From Nannocystis pusilla (GTDB taxonomy: Bacteria > Myxococcota_A > Polyangia > Nannocystales > Nannocystaceae): a stretch of 64,000 nt of DNA. Of the stretch, positions 9,060 through 19,564 are shown one piece after another. A model generated the notes under the pieces. That model worked only from the letters and a program-made list of their open reading frames with translations. It was not told the DNA's origin and did no database searches. The translations under genes and the position numbers were made by a program. How positions within the stretch are numbered: the stretch's first letter is position 1; each line of letters begins with the position of its first letter. The stretch lies in NCBI RefSeq assembly GCF_049060185.1, contig NZ_JBMEQO010000002.1; one strand, 5' to 3'.

Positions 9060-10350
9060 TCACCGCAGCAGGGCGTAGGCCGACGTCACCAGCAAGTCCG
9101 CGATCGCCAGGGGCATCGCGGCTCGCTCGAGGAAGAAGAGAGCGGCGCGCGCACGCGAGCCGGTGGCCGACGCGTGCAGCCGCTGCACGAACCACACGAC
9201 CGCAGCGATCTTCGCCGCCGCCACGACTGCGCCGATGAACAGCACGAGGCCGTGGCCGCTGCCGGCGAGCGCCGCCGCGGGCAGACCACCGCCGAGGAAA
9301 CAGGCGACGAACGCCGCCGCGAAGGCGAGCCGCTCGAGCCGTCCTGCCGGCGGGGCGGCCGCGACCGCGAGGGCGACGGCAGCGGCGATCGGTTGCACGA
9401 AGATTCCCCAGGCGGGGGATCGCAGCACCGCCGACGAGCCCCGCTGCTTGCTCCCCACGAGTCGCCGTGGATCGAGGGTGCCAAAGGCCAGCAATGGACC
9501 GGCGAATGCGGCGGCGAGGGCGAGGTCGCGCGACGCGAGGCGGCGGGCCAGCGCAGCCCGGTCGACGAGGCGACCGAGACCGGCGAGCACGAGGGCGACG
9601 AGATAGACGAGCCAGCCTTCGCCGACGGCGATCAGCGACAGCGAAGCACCTCCCCGACCCGCGGCGCACTGCTCGACGTCCGCGGCGGAGAGGCTGCTGC
9701 CGACGCCGTCGAAGCAAAGGCCCGGACCGAACGGGAACAGCGCCAGGACGGCCACCACCGGCAGCCACGCGGTCCAGTTCAGCCGGGTGCGGCGCGTGGA
9801 GATCCACGCCAGCGCGACGAGCGCGAGCGCCAGGGCGGTGCGGATCGCCGTGCGCCGCAGATCGCTCGCTAGATCGGGCGGCTCCCAGCGGAGCTCGACG
9901 ATCTGGGGCGCCTCTCCCGCCGCAAAGAGGAGGCGCGCGCTGCCGGAGCGGGAGGCGCCAGTGCGATCGAAGTGGTCGCGGTCGACGCGGAGGCGCAGGC
10001 TCACGGCTCCGCCGGCAGCGATCTCCCGCGGGTACTCGCGGTTCTCGATCGAGAAGGCGCCCCAGTCGGGGGTGCGAGTATCGAAGCGGATCCGCGTCAA
10101 CGGGACGGGCACCGCGCCGTGATTCACGAGCCGCAGCTCGAGACGCTCCGCCGCCGGCGTGAACACGAGGGTTCCCGGTTCGGCGCGCACGCCCGTCGGC
10201 GGTACGCCGCAGCCGAGCGCGAGCGCGAAGAAGAGGACGCAAGGCGTGGCGGGCGAGGTCGCGGCGCGGAGGAAGCTGCGACGAGGAAGCGAGCTCGCGT
10301 GCGCGACGCGGGCGAGTGGGAGCGGGGACAGTCGCGGCACGTCGTCCACA
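9060..10350 (-). CDS. Hypothetical polytopic membrane protein (start uncertain; may extend into the upstream 78-bp repeats)
   Basis: Multiple hydrophobic helices (WLPVVAVLALFPFG, LVYLVALVLAGLG, LAFAAAFVACFLGGGLPAAAL, VLFIGAVVAAAKIAAVVWF). Lipoprotein-like LALGCG near the N-terminus. Confidence 0.5.
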
Positions 10351-10384
10351 GACGCGGCCTCGGACGAGGAGCTCGCGCTTACAT

Positions 10385-11060
10385 CGAAGCTGCGAGGAAG
10401 TAGAAGCGGCGATGCGACCGCGGAGCTCGCCAGGCTTTCGTCGAGACCACGCATGACCGAAGCGGACGGAAGCGGCGATGCGACGTCGGGCGGGGCGATC
10501 GCGCTTGCTTCGAGGTAGCGAGGGAGTGGAAGCGGCGACGCGGCCTCTTGCGAGGAGCACGCCAATGTCTCGTCGAGACCACGCACGGCCGAAGCGGACG
10601 GAAACGGCGACGCGACCTCAAACCGGGCGCTCGCGCTTTCGTCGAGGTAGCGAGGAAGTACGAGCGGAGACGCGGCCTCGCGCCGGGCGCTCGCGCTTGC
10701 GACGAGGTTACGAGGAAGTGGAAGCGGCGATGCGACCTCGGGCGAGGAGCTCGCCAGCGTCTCGTCGAGACCACGCATGACCGAAGCGGAGGGTCGCGGC
10801 GACGCGACCTCAAGCCGAGTGCTCGCGCGTGCTTCGGAGCTGCGAAGAAAAGAGGCGGCGAAACGACCGCGAGCGAGGAGCTCGCAGACATCTCGTCGAC
10901 GCCTGGCAGTGCCGACGCGGGCGGGTGCAGCGGGAAGTCTTGCCCCGCGAGATCGAGCGAGGAACTCGCACGAATCTCGAAGCCACGAAGCTGCGACTGG
11001 AACTCGCGCGACACGTCGTCCGGAACCGCGACGTCGCCGACGCTTCGGGCCGAATCATTC
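10385..11060. repeat. Tandem repeat, about 78 bp unit (26 codons, in-frame), about 8 copies
   Basis: Recurring CGAGGAAGTNGAAGCGGCGATGCGACCTCGGGCGAGGAGCTCGCCAG..TCTCGTCGAGACCACGCATGACCGAAGCGGA. All three minus-strand frames are open across the region. Confidence 0.75.
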
Positions 11061-11139
11061 GAGGCGCGCAGCGCGACGGCGCCGCTCGCCGACGCGGGCG
11101 CAGGCGAGGCGGCGGCGCGCGGGCGGATCATGGCGCGCG

Positions 11140-11474
11140 CGTCAGCGAGGGCCACGCAATCGCGGTCGCAAGGCCCAGCAGACCGAGGCCGGCGGCGCTG
11201 ACCCAAGGGCAGGTCCTTCCGGACATGTCGTGCTGGACAGGCAGACCGCGGCGGTCGGCGCGAACAGGACCAGGGCCAGCGCGAGCGCGAAGCCGAGGCC
11301 GGCGAGCGCGAGGAGGCCGCCGGTGTCGACGGGCTGACGCGGGCGCAGCTGAACCAGGCTCTCGCCGGCGTCGGGCGCGGCCTGTTGCCTCGCGCGCGCG
11401 CGGACCAGGCTGGCGAGGACCCCGATGAGCCCGACCGCTGCGACGAGCGGCAGGTAGTCGAGCAGGGGGCCCAT
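11140..11474 (-). CDS. Hypothetical small membrane protein (possibly the N-terminus of a larger repeat-containing protein)
   Basis: Start right after the macro gene stop. Two hydrophobic segments (LPLVAAVGLIGVLASLV, LLALAGLGFALALALVLFA). The 3' end is unclear. Confidence 0.3.
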
Positions 11475-12002
11475 CTACGGGATGTTCCCTTCCATGGCCA
11501 GCTCGAACACCTCGACGTCGTCGGCGTCCTTGGCCATGAGGAAGGCGCGGAGCGGGCGCTCGCCGCGGTAGACCTTGAGCTCGCTGTGGATGGCGCGAGC
11601 GGCCTCCTCGGCCGGGATCCCGAGCTCGAACGCACCCATCAACGGGACGGCGACGCTCGTGAAGCCCTTGACCTTGCAGGCCACCAACACGGCCGCGGTG
11701 GCGCGCAGGACGTCTTCGACCTGGACGCGACCGCCGGGGCGATCGGTGTTGGGCACGTGGATGAGGTACTTCGCCTTCATCTTGCCCGCGGGCGTCACGA
11801 ACGCGGCGCCGATCGCCAGCGGGGTGTGCTCCTTCACCATCGCCTCGACCTCGCGACCGGCAAGGTCGCGGATCTTGTTGGCCGGGAAGTGACTCATCAC
11901 GCCCTCGGAGTTGGTCGGACAGACGAAGGCGTCGACCGCGATCTGCTCCCAGGGCAAGGTCGAGATCTGGATCTCGACGGACTCATTGATGTCGGTGGCC
12001 AC
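11475..12002 (-). CDS. Macro domain protein (ADP-ribose binding/processing family)
   Basis: 175 aa. VDAFVCPTNSEGVMSHFP...IGAAFVTPAG...YLIHVP resembles the macro-domain fold pattern. Confidence 0.55.
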   Translation of the reverse strand: MATDINESVEIQISTLPWEQIAVDAFVCPTNSEGVMSHFPANKIRDLAGREVEAMVKEHTPLAIGAAFVTPAGKMKAKYLIHVPNTDRPGGRVQVEDVLRATAAVLVACKVKGFTSVAVPLMGAFELGIPAEEAARAIHSELKVYRGERPLRAFLMAKDADDVEVFELAMEGNIP

Positions 12003-12015
12003 GCGCGGACCTTAC

Positions 12016-12507
12016 TCAAGCCTGCAGCATCGAGTCCAGCTCAGCGGCGATCGCGGACTCGGGCTCGTTGCGGACGGTCGAGAGCTCACGAATGACCAGG
12101 TTCCGGGCGGTCTGCAGCATCTGCCGCTCGCCGTGCGAGAGATTCTTGGTGTGCTTGAGGAGGCTCAGATCGCGGTACACCTCGCCGACCTCGAACAGCG
12201 AACCCGTGCGGATCTTCTCCATGAAGCCGCGGTAGCGCCGGTTCCAGGTCTGGCGATCGCACGGGACCTCGTGGTCGCGCAGCAGATCGTAGAGCTCATC
12301 GATCATCTCGCCGTCGGCGAGGGGACGCATGCCGTTCTCTTCGGCCTTGGCCACCGGCACGATGATCTTCAGGCCGGAGCCGAAGACGCGCAGGTGATAG
12401 AACTGGAAGGGGCGCGACTCGATGATTTTCGTCTCGAGGGCCATGACCTCGGCGACACCGTGAGTCGGGTAAACGGCCTTCTCACCAACGTTGAATCGGG
12501 GTTGCAT
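12016..12507 (-). CDS. cdnL: CarD/CdnL-family transcriptional regulator (CdnL)
   Basis: MQPRFNVGEKAVYPTHGVAEV...FYHLRVFGSGLKIIVPVAKAEENGMRPL...QTWNRRYRGFMEKIRTGSLFEVGEVYRDLSLLKHTKNLSHGERQMLQTARNLVIRELS aligns along its full length with Myxococcus CdnL. Confidence 0.85.
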   Translation of the reverse strand: MQPRFNVGEKAVYPTHGVAEVMALETKIIESRPFQFYHLRVFGSGLKIIVPVAKAEENGMRPLADGEMIDELYDLLRDHEVPCDRQTWNRRYRGFMEKIRTGSLFEVGEVYRDLSLLKHTKNLSHGERQMLQTARNLVIRELSTVRNEPESAIAAELDSMLQA

Positions 12508-12885
12508 CGGCAGTTCGTCTCCAGGCGTTTGCGCGCGCCCTCTGCACCTCTTGTGCCGCCGACTCGTCGACGGGCGTCGTGGGGACGATTTCCCCACTTC
12601 AAAGTAGTTCGGGACAGTTGGGCCCGGTGCAGTCGAGCTCGGCGCGTCGGCGCAGGATGCTCCTTAAGCGGAAAAAGGCCCAGGGGGCCGATCGGGGCGA
12701 TCCTGCGGGTGACGGCGCCGCCAGTGGATGGCGCGGCGGAAAGGGCGAAGAAGCAGCGACAAGCCAAGGGGGTCGGTATCGGACGGCCGCCCGGACACCG
12801 GTCGGCCACTTGCCGGCCATCGCGAGGCCAGCAGTCAGGTGGCTACTGCGAGTGGCTACGATTGTAGCCACCCCGGACGAGCGGG

Positions 12886-12906
12886 TTTGCCCGCCTGTCG
12901 GGCAAA
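12886..12906 (-). terminator. GC-rich hairpin TTTGCCCG-CCTGT-CGGGCAAA, about 60 nt downstream of the lipoprotein gene stop (no U-tract)
   Basis: 8-bp perfect stem with a 5-nt loop, seen directly in the sequence. Confidence 0.3.
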
Positions 12907-12965
12907 GTAGATAGCAGCCGGGTGAGGCGCGTCCAGTGAAAAGAACGGTGTGAACCTGGCATATC

Positions 12966-13663
12966 TCACTGCAGGGCCACGATCCGCCATCCCTGAGGAG
13001 TCTGCTCGAGCGTCAGGGCGCGCCCGGGCTCGTAGCGCAGGATCGCGCGTTCCATCCCCGGCGTGAACTCAATTGCCCCAGGTTGCTTCAGGAGTTGCTC
13101 CAGAAGGTCCGCCCGGCGGTTCCAGTCGTCACGAAGGCGCGAAGAGAGATCGTCTGCGAGCAGCGCGGAAAGCGCGCCGAGATCGGCCCGCCGGACGGCC
13201 GCCAGAAAGGCCCGAATCGCGCTGGCCGGGGTCGAGAGGTCCGGCAAGCCCGGCAGCCCGGTCACGATCTGGTAATGGCCGCCGATTTGCGCCCATGCGA
13301 GCACGGCGCCGTCGTGGACGGTCTCGCCGCCACGCACGGGCGTCTTGAGCGCGGGTGGCAGCGTGTCGAGCGCGGCCTTGGCCGCCGAGCGCTCGGCCGC
13401 CTGCGCCTTCCAGCGCGCCGTGAACGCCTCCTTCGAGGTCGCCGCGCGCAGTTCCGGGCTGAGCAAGGCGTACGCGGCGGCCGGATCGTCGGCGGCCAGA
13501 GCGCGGGCATATGCCTCGCGCAACGCTTCGGGCTGCGCGCGCCGCCACCGCCGCGACAGGCCAGCAGCAACAGACCGGCGAGCAGCAAGGACGGGCGGCG
13601 AGGCGTCGACCACCGGACGCCGGGTTCGCGGAGCGTGGGCACGGCTCGATTGATTCCTGTCAC
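12966..13663 (-). CDS. Hypothetical lipoprotein (signal peptide and mature part in different frames; frame change about 13585)
   Basis: MTGINRAVPTLREPGVRWSTPRRPSLLLAGLLLLAC (lipobox LAC) in one frame. The mature part ...RRAQPEALREAYARALAADDPAAAYALLSPELRAATSKE...QTPQGWRIVALQ* is in the next frame. The junction sits in a GGCGGTGGCGGCGCGCGC run. Confidence 0.45.
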
Positions 13664-13678
13664 AAAGGCCAGGTCGGC

Positions 13679-15291
13679 TCAGGCCTTGGGCCCGCTGCGC
13701 TTGTCGAGGATGATGTCGTGCGCGTACTCGTCGCGCGTGGTCGGGTAGTCGATCGTGTAGTGGAGGCCGCGCGACTCCTTGCGCTGGCGGGCGCACTCGA
13801 TGATGAGGCTGCCGACCAGAGAGATGTTGCGCAGCTCGAGCACGTCGCGGGTGACGCGGAATTTCCAGTAGTACTCGAGGATCTCCTCGCGGATGAGGTC
13901 GAGCCGCCGCCGCCCGCGCTCGAGGCGCTTGTCCGAGCGGACGATGCCGACGAAGTTCCACATGGCGGCGCGCACCTCCTCCCAGTTGGCCGAGACCATG
14001 ACCGCCTCGTCCGAATCGCGCGCGGCGCCCTCGTTCCACGGGCTGACCTGATCGGGCGGGCCGCGGCCGAAGTCGTCGCAGGCCTGGGCGGCGCCGTCGG
14101 CGAGGACGACCGCCTCGAGCAAACTGTTGGAGGCCAGGCGGCAGGCGCCGTGGAGGCCGCTCATGGCGACCTCGCCGATCGCCATCAGGCCGGGGACGTC
14201 GGTGCGGCCGTGGCGATCGACGACGACGCCGCCGCACATGTAATGGGCCGCGGGGACCACGGGGATCGGATCTTTGCGCATGTCGATGCCGACCGACATG
14301 CAGCGGGCGTGGATCGCCGGGAAGCGGCTGACCACGTAGTCGGGATCGAGGTGCGTCATGTCGAGGAACACGCAGCGCTCGCCCGACCGCTTGAGCTCGG
14401 CGTCGATCTCGCGGGCGACCACGTCGCGCGGGGCGAGCGAGCCCATCGGGTGCCGCTCGGCCATGAGGTCGCTGCCGTCGGCCCGCCGCAAAATGCCGCC
14501 CTCGCCGCGCAGGGCCTCCGAGATCAGGAAGGTGTTGGCGTCGGGGTGGTGCAGGCAGGTCGGGTGGAACTGCATGAACTCGAGGTTGCCGACCGAGGCG
14601 CCGATCCGGTAGGCGACCGCGACGCCGTCAGAGGTGGCGACCGCCGGGTTGGTCGTATAGCGGTAGACGCGGCCGGCCTCGCCGGTGGCGAGGACGGTGA
14701 TCGGGGCGACGAATGCCTCGACGCGGTCGGCGGCGTTGTTGAGCGCGTACACGCCGAAGCAGCCGCGGCTGCCGTCGACCTTGGTCCAGCTCAAAAGGTC
14801 GATGACGGTGTGGTGCTCGTGGATGGTGATGTTCGGGTGCGCGTGCGCGGCCGCCAGAAGGGCGTGCTCGATCTCGTAGCCGGTGGTATCGCGGTGATGC
14901 ACGACGCGCCGGCGCGAGTGGCCGCCTTCCCGCCCGAGCTCGAAGGGGCGTGCTCGTCGCCGCCGACGCGATCGAAGCGGACGCCGTAGCGCTCGGCCAG
15001 GCGCCGCACGAGGGTGGGCCCGCGCTGGACGGCGTAGGTGACCATGTCGCGGTTGCACAGGCCGGCGCCGACGGTCAGCGTGTCCTCGATGTGCTCCTCG
15101 AGCGAGTCGTCGCCCGCGAACACGGCCGAGATCCCGCCCTGCGCCCAGCGGGTGTTGCTCGACTCGGCGCGGTGCTTGGTGAGGATCACCACCGGTCCGC
15201 GATCCGCGACCTCGAGGGCGAAGTAGAGACCCGCGAGCCCGCTGCCGAGCACGAGGTAGCGCGCGTGGTGGATCGGCGTGCTGGCGGTCAT
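13679..15291 (-). CDS. nadB: L-aspartate oxidase (NadB); one frame change near 14916
   Basis: End-to-end similarity to E. coli NadB (YLVLGSGLAGLYFALEVAD, AQGGISAVF, ATGEAGRVYRYTTNP, RGEGGILRR, HYMCGGVVVD, SNSLLE, RKESRGLHYTIDYP). The frames join at GAGCACGCCCC-TTCGAG, a C-run indel. Confidence 0.85.
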
Positions 15292-15517
15292 GGTGGTGGG
15301 GCGAAAGTAGCAGAGCGGTGGGGCCGGTCGACAAGGGTCCGCCGCGGCGATAGGCTGGGCCCGTGGGAGCGGATCGGCCCATGCCGCAGCGGCGGACCTG
15401 GCAGACGAGGGGCGGCTGCGCGGCGGTGCTGGCGGCGATCCTGATCGCGCTTCCGGGCGCCGCGGGGCGGCCGAACCGACCTACCGCCGCTACACGGACG
15501 CGCAGGGGGTAGTCCAC

Positions 15518-16203
15518 GTGACGCCCGTGCGCGCTGTCGGCGCGGGACGGCGCGAGGTCGAGGAGATGCCGGGCAGCGGCGGCGAAGGCGGGGCGCCGAA
15601 GACCGCGGCGGCCGAGGCGGAACCGACGGCGCCGCGCCGCGATCCGCAGGTCGAGGTCGCCGAGGCGCTGGCCGACGAACGCTCGCGCCGCTGGGAGACG
15701 CACATCCGCGGGGCGGCGCGGCTGTATCAGCTGCCGGAGTCGCTGGTGCGCGCGGTGATTCACACCGAGAGCAACTACTATCCCGGGGCGGTCAGCAGCA
15801 CCGGGGCGATGGGGCTGATGCAGCTGATGCCGTCGACTGCGCGCTTCCTCGGGGTCCAGCAGCCGTTCGACCCGCGCCAGAGCATCTACGGCGGGGCCAA
15901 GTTCCTGCGCCTCCTGGCCAACCGGTTCGGCGGCGACATGGTGCTGGTGGCGGCCGGTTACTTCTCGGGCGCCGGGGCGGTGCAGAAGTACGGCGGGGTA
16001 CCGCCACACCCGGGGTGCGTGCGTACGTGAAGGCGGTCCTGCGCCGGTTCTATGCGTACGAGCGGCTGCTTCAGGACGGGGCCGGCGGGGCGAGCCCGCG
16101 CGGTCGATCGCCGGGCCGTGAGCCGCCGCCGATCTCGCAGGGCCTCGCGTCTTGTCTTGGACCTGGCCCGAGCTTCGCGGTAGGCTCCCGCGGCTTTCTG
16201 TGA
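15518..16203 (+). CDS. Lytic transglycosylase, SLT domain (frame change near 16010)
   Basis: AVIHTESNYYPGAVSSTGAMGLMQLMPSTARFLG in frame 1. The C-terminal ...RAYVKAVLRRFYAYERLLQD is in frame 3 after a CCCGGGG run. Confidence 0.75.
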
Positions 16204-16247
16204 AGAGGTACGAAGGCTTCCGCCGGGAGATCCTGAATCTCCCCAAC

Positions 16248-16799
16248 ATGATCACCATCGGCCGGGTGTTCCTCATCCCGCCGGTGCTCATGCTGATCGA
16301 CAAGACCGATCCGTGGCGCTGCGTGCTCGCGTCGCTGCTGTTCACGGTCGCGTCGCTGCTCGACCTGATCGACGGCTGGCTGGCCCGCCGCTCCGGCCTG
16401 GTGACGGTGTTCGGCAAGTTCGTCGACCCGCTCGCCGACAAGATCATGGTGGCGGCGGTGCTGATCTACCTGGTGATGGACGACCGCGCGCCCGCCTGGC
16501 TGGTGGTGCTGCTGCTGACCCGCGAGTTCTACATCAACGGCCTGCGCTCGCTCGCCAGCTCGGAGAACATCATCATCGCCGCCAGCGCCGGCGGTAAGGC
16601 GAAGACGGCGTTCCAGCTGACGGGCATCTCGTTCCTGCTGATGCACTACCGCTATCGCCTGCCGTTCCTCGAGGAGGCGCTCGACTTCCATCGGGTCGGA
16701 TTGGTGCTGCTCGGGCTGTCGGTGTTCGTGTCGATCAAGAGCGCGGTCGACTACACGTTCGGCTTCCGCGAGGCGCTGGCGCAGAAGAACGCCGAGTGA
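16248..16799 (+). CDS. pgsA: CDP-diacylglycerol--glycerol-3-phosphate 3-phosphatidyltransferase
   Basis: CDP-alcohol phosphatidyltransferase motif DGWLARRSGLVTVFGKFVDPLADK. Multi-TM protein. The ORF also carries an upstream alternative start at 16152. Confidence 0.85.
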   Translation: MITIGRVFLIPPVLMLIDKTDPWRCVLASLLFTVASLLDLIDGWLARRSGLVTVFGKFVDPLADKIMVAAVLIYLVMDDRAPAWLVVLLLTREFYINGLRSLASSENIIIAASAGGKAKTAFQLTGISFLLMHYRYRLPFLEEALDFHRVGLVLLGLSVFVSIKSAVDYTFGFREALAQKNAE

Positions 16800-18058
16800 G
16801 CCGGGCGCGCCAGATCGCGGCGCTGGCCGCGTCGGAGCCGGGCGGCGCGCTGGCGTGGCTCGACGGCGGAGCGGGCCGCGGGTTCGTGGCGCTCGAGCCC
16901 GACCTCGAGGTGGTGGCCGACGACCTGACGGCGTTGCCGACGATCGAGGCGCTCTGGCGGTCGGAGCCGGGGCTGCCGTGGTTCGGCTGGCTGACGTACG
17001 AGGTCGGCACTGCGGCGCTGCTCGGCCGCCCGCCGACGGCGGCGAGCTTGCCGGGGCTGGTGCTCCGCCGCTATCGAGCGGCGCTCGAGCTCGGGGCGCG
17101 TGAACGGATCCACGGGACGCTCGCGCGGGGACAGAACTGCTGGCGCGGCTGGCGACCGCTACCTGGCCTTGGGGACAGGACTGGCCGCTGGGTCCGGTCG
17201 AGGCGCTGGTGGCTGCCGAGGACTACCGGGCGCGCGTGCGCCAAGCGCAGGAATTCATCGCGGCCGGGGAGACGTACCAGATCAACCTGACGCAGCCGTT
17301 CGTGGCCAGGTGGCTGCCGGAATGGGCGAGTCGGCCGGTGGCGGCGAGGGCGGCGGCCGTGTACGCGGCGGTGCAGGCGGCGACGCCGGCGAGCATGGGA
17401 GGCCTGCTGGCGATCGAGCCCGGGCGGCCGTGCGGGCGCTGGGCGATCTCCAATCCGCCGGAGACGCTGCTGGCGATCGAACTGGGGGCGGGAGAGGACG
17501 GGGGCGACCTGGCGCGCTCGTGGCCGATCAAGGGGACGCGCCCGCGAGGGGCTGATCCAAAGAGCGATCGGGCGGCCCAGGAAGAGTTGCAGCAGAGCAT
17601 CAAAGATCTCGCTGAACACGTGATGATCGTTGATCTTGTGCGCAACGATCTCGGCCGGATCGCGCGCCCGGGTTCGGTCCGGCGCCGGCCCGGCCCGAGC
17701 TGGTGACGCTGCCGACAGTGCATCACCTGGTGTCGGAGGTCCGCTGCACGCTACGCCAGGGATGGGCGCTGGCGGAGGTGATGGCGGCGGTGTTCCCCGG
17801 CGGGAGCGTGACAGGAGCCCCCAAGCGGCGAACTGCCGAGCACATCGAGCGGCTCGAGCAGCGCGCTCGCGGGATCTACTGCGGGGCGATCGTGGCGCTG
17901 CTGCCCGACGGGCTGCGCTGCAGCATCCCGATCCGCACCGGAGTGGCCGACGCGGCCGGGCTGTGGCTGCAGAGCGGTGGGGGATCGTGATCGACTCCGA
18001 CCCGGAGGCCGAACGCCGCGAGTCCTGGGACAAGGTGCGCGCGTTCGAGCGGGCCTGA
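16796..18058 (+). CDS. Chorismate-binding enzyme, aminodeoxychorismate/anthranilate synthase component I family (PabB-like); at least three frame changes
   Basis: GETYQINLTQPF, PIKGTRPR, HVMIVDLVRNDLGRIARPGSV, VHHLVSEV, FPGGSVTGAPK, RGIYCGAIV, GGGIVIDSDPEAE spread over three frames (16796, 17209, 17703/17630 ORFs). Confidence 0.7.
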
Positions 18059-18099
18059 GGGGCTAAGCGGCGGGTGCTCGGTGAGCCGCGGAGCCTCGG

Positions 18100-18355
18100 G
18101 CGCTAATCGAATCGCCGCCTATGGTCCCCGCTGAAGCGGGGCAGCACGACCGCCGCCACCCGATGGGCAGCCGATGAGCGGCGGTTCAGGTGGTCGCCTC
18201 GCCTCGGCGCGATGGTGGACGGTGATTGCGGCTCCGGTGAGCCCCGGCCTGGATTGAGAGCGGCTGCGGTCCAGGCGGCCGGCATGGCTCGCCAGGATTG
18301 GCTCAGGTGACGGCCTCGCCCTGGGCCAGCCAGCCGCTGCCGGCGGTCCCGTCCG
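18100..18355. repeat. Degenerate tandem repeats with GCTCAGGTG cores in a convergent intergenic region
   Basis: GCTCAGGTG(G/A)CG recurs several times between the PabB-like 3' end and the lspA 3' end. Confidence 0.45.
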
Positions 18356-18359
18356 CGGC

Positions 18360-18944
18360 TCAGGTGGCGGGCTTTGCCTCGGGTGTATTCTCTTTTGTTT
18401 CCGGCGGTTGCGCGTGGAACATCAAGTACGGGATGAGCAGTAGGACGCCGACGACGAGGGCGATGTCGGCGACGTTGAAGTTCGGCCAGCACAGACCACG
18501 AGGGTTCCACGGGGAGCACACGCGGATGAAGTCGACCACGCCGTGGGTGAGGTTGCCGTGGGGGTCGGTGTCCTGGCGCAACAGGCGGTCGTGCATGTTG
18601 CCGAGGGCGCCGCCGATGATGCAGCCGATGGCGAAGAAGCCGTAGAGGCGGTCGGTCGGCAGCTTGCGGACGAGGGCGGCCATGTAGACCACCGTCACGA
18701 GGGTGACGACGATGAACAGGGGGCGCGAGAAGTCCTGGCCGCGCAGGAAGCCGAAGGCGGAGCCGGTGTTGAAGCTGTAGGACCAGTGGAACCAGTTGCC
18801 GATCGCGGCAATCTGCCGGTTCGGCGGCCGGAGGTTGTCCCAGGCCCAGCTCTTGGTCACGAGATCGAGGATCAGAAACACCGCGGCTGCGGACGCGGTG
18901 ACGAGGATCGGCCGGAGCCGGTTCGATGCTGGCGTGTCGCTCAT
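18360..18944 (-). CDS. lspA: Lipoprotein signal peptidase II
   Basis: FNTGSAFGF, GGALGNMHDRL, VVDFI, NFNVADIALV, all LspA hallmarks. ATG MSDTPAS at about 18944. Confidence 0.85.
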   Translation of the reverse strand: MSDTPASNRLRPILVTASAAAVFLILDLVTKSWAWDNLRPPNRQIAAIGNWFHWSYSFNTGSAFGFLRGQDFSRPLFIVVTLVTVVYMAALVRKLPTDRLYGFFAIGCIIGGALGNMHDRLLRQDTDPHGNLTHGVVDFIRVCSPWNPRGLCWPNFNVADIALVVGVLLLIPYLMFHAQPPETKENTPEAKPAT

Positions 18945-19139
18945 GTAGGGCCGAAAAACCTGGCCAGTGTACCCGAGGCACCAGGGCGAGCAAGCGCAGC
19001 CGCCGCTGCGCCGCGGGCCGCAGAGACGGTCGGAAGGGCAGCCGGGCAGGGTTGCGGGTCGGTCGCGCGGTCGCCGCTGGGCGCTCTGGCGGTCGAACGG
19101 CGGCGACCCGGGGCGCAGAAGCACGAGGCAGGTCCATCT

Positions 19140-19560
19140 TTAACGGCGGGCTTCGGGCGGAGCTCGAGGCTCAGGCGGAACACGGATGCCGGGCGCCGCC
19201 TCGGCGCCCTGGCGCGGCAGCACGGCTGTCTGCGGGTGCGGGAGTTCGTGGCTCAGGCTGAGGTCCGATTGTCGGGCTCCGCCTCGGTGCTCTGAGGCGC
19301 AGGCCGCGGGTTCCAGCGAAGGTCCGACGTCCACTGCCTCCGTGGCACGCGAGCTCGACGCTCAAGCAGGTGCCCGATTATCGGGAGCCCGCCTCGGTGC
19401 CCGGAGGAGCAGCTCGAGGGGTTGGGCAAAGGTCTGATGTGGACTGCTTTTCGCGGCGCGCGAGTTCGACGCTCAGGCGGAGGCCCGATTGTCGGCCGCC
19501 GCCTCGGGAGCCCAGGACGCGGCTCAGGCAGATGGTCGCCTCGACGCTTGGGGCAGCGCG
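19140..19560. repeat. Tandem repeats, about 100-110 bp unit, about 4 copies, between the two lspA genes
   Basis: Recurring ...CGACGCTCAGGCGGAGGCCCGATTGTCGG.CGCCTCGG.G... units at about 19160, 19250, 19360, 19470 and 19550. Confidence 0.65.
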
Positions 19561-19564
19561 AAGC

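Noticed and set aside
12598-12965. tRNA or other structured RNA gene in the lower-GC region upstream of cdnL
   Set aside because: There is no T-loop-like GTTCRANYC box or cloverleaf that I could fold by eye. The palindromes present are better explained as terminator or operator hairpins. No tRNA, rRNA or tmRNA signatures were found anywhere in the window.
15291-16447. N-terminal roughly 385 aa of the 922-aa ORF 13679-16447 (minus strand)
   Set aside because: Only the last roughly 537 aa (with one frame change) align to L-aspartate oxidase. The upstream portion is Arg/Pro-rich read-through and overlaps the plus-strand SLT transglycosylase gene.
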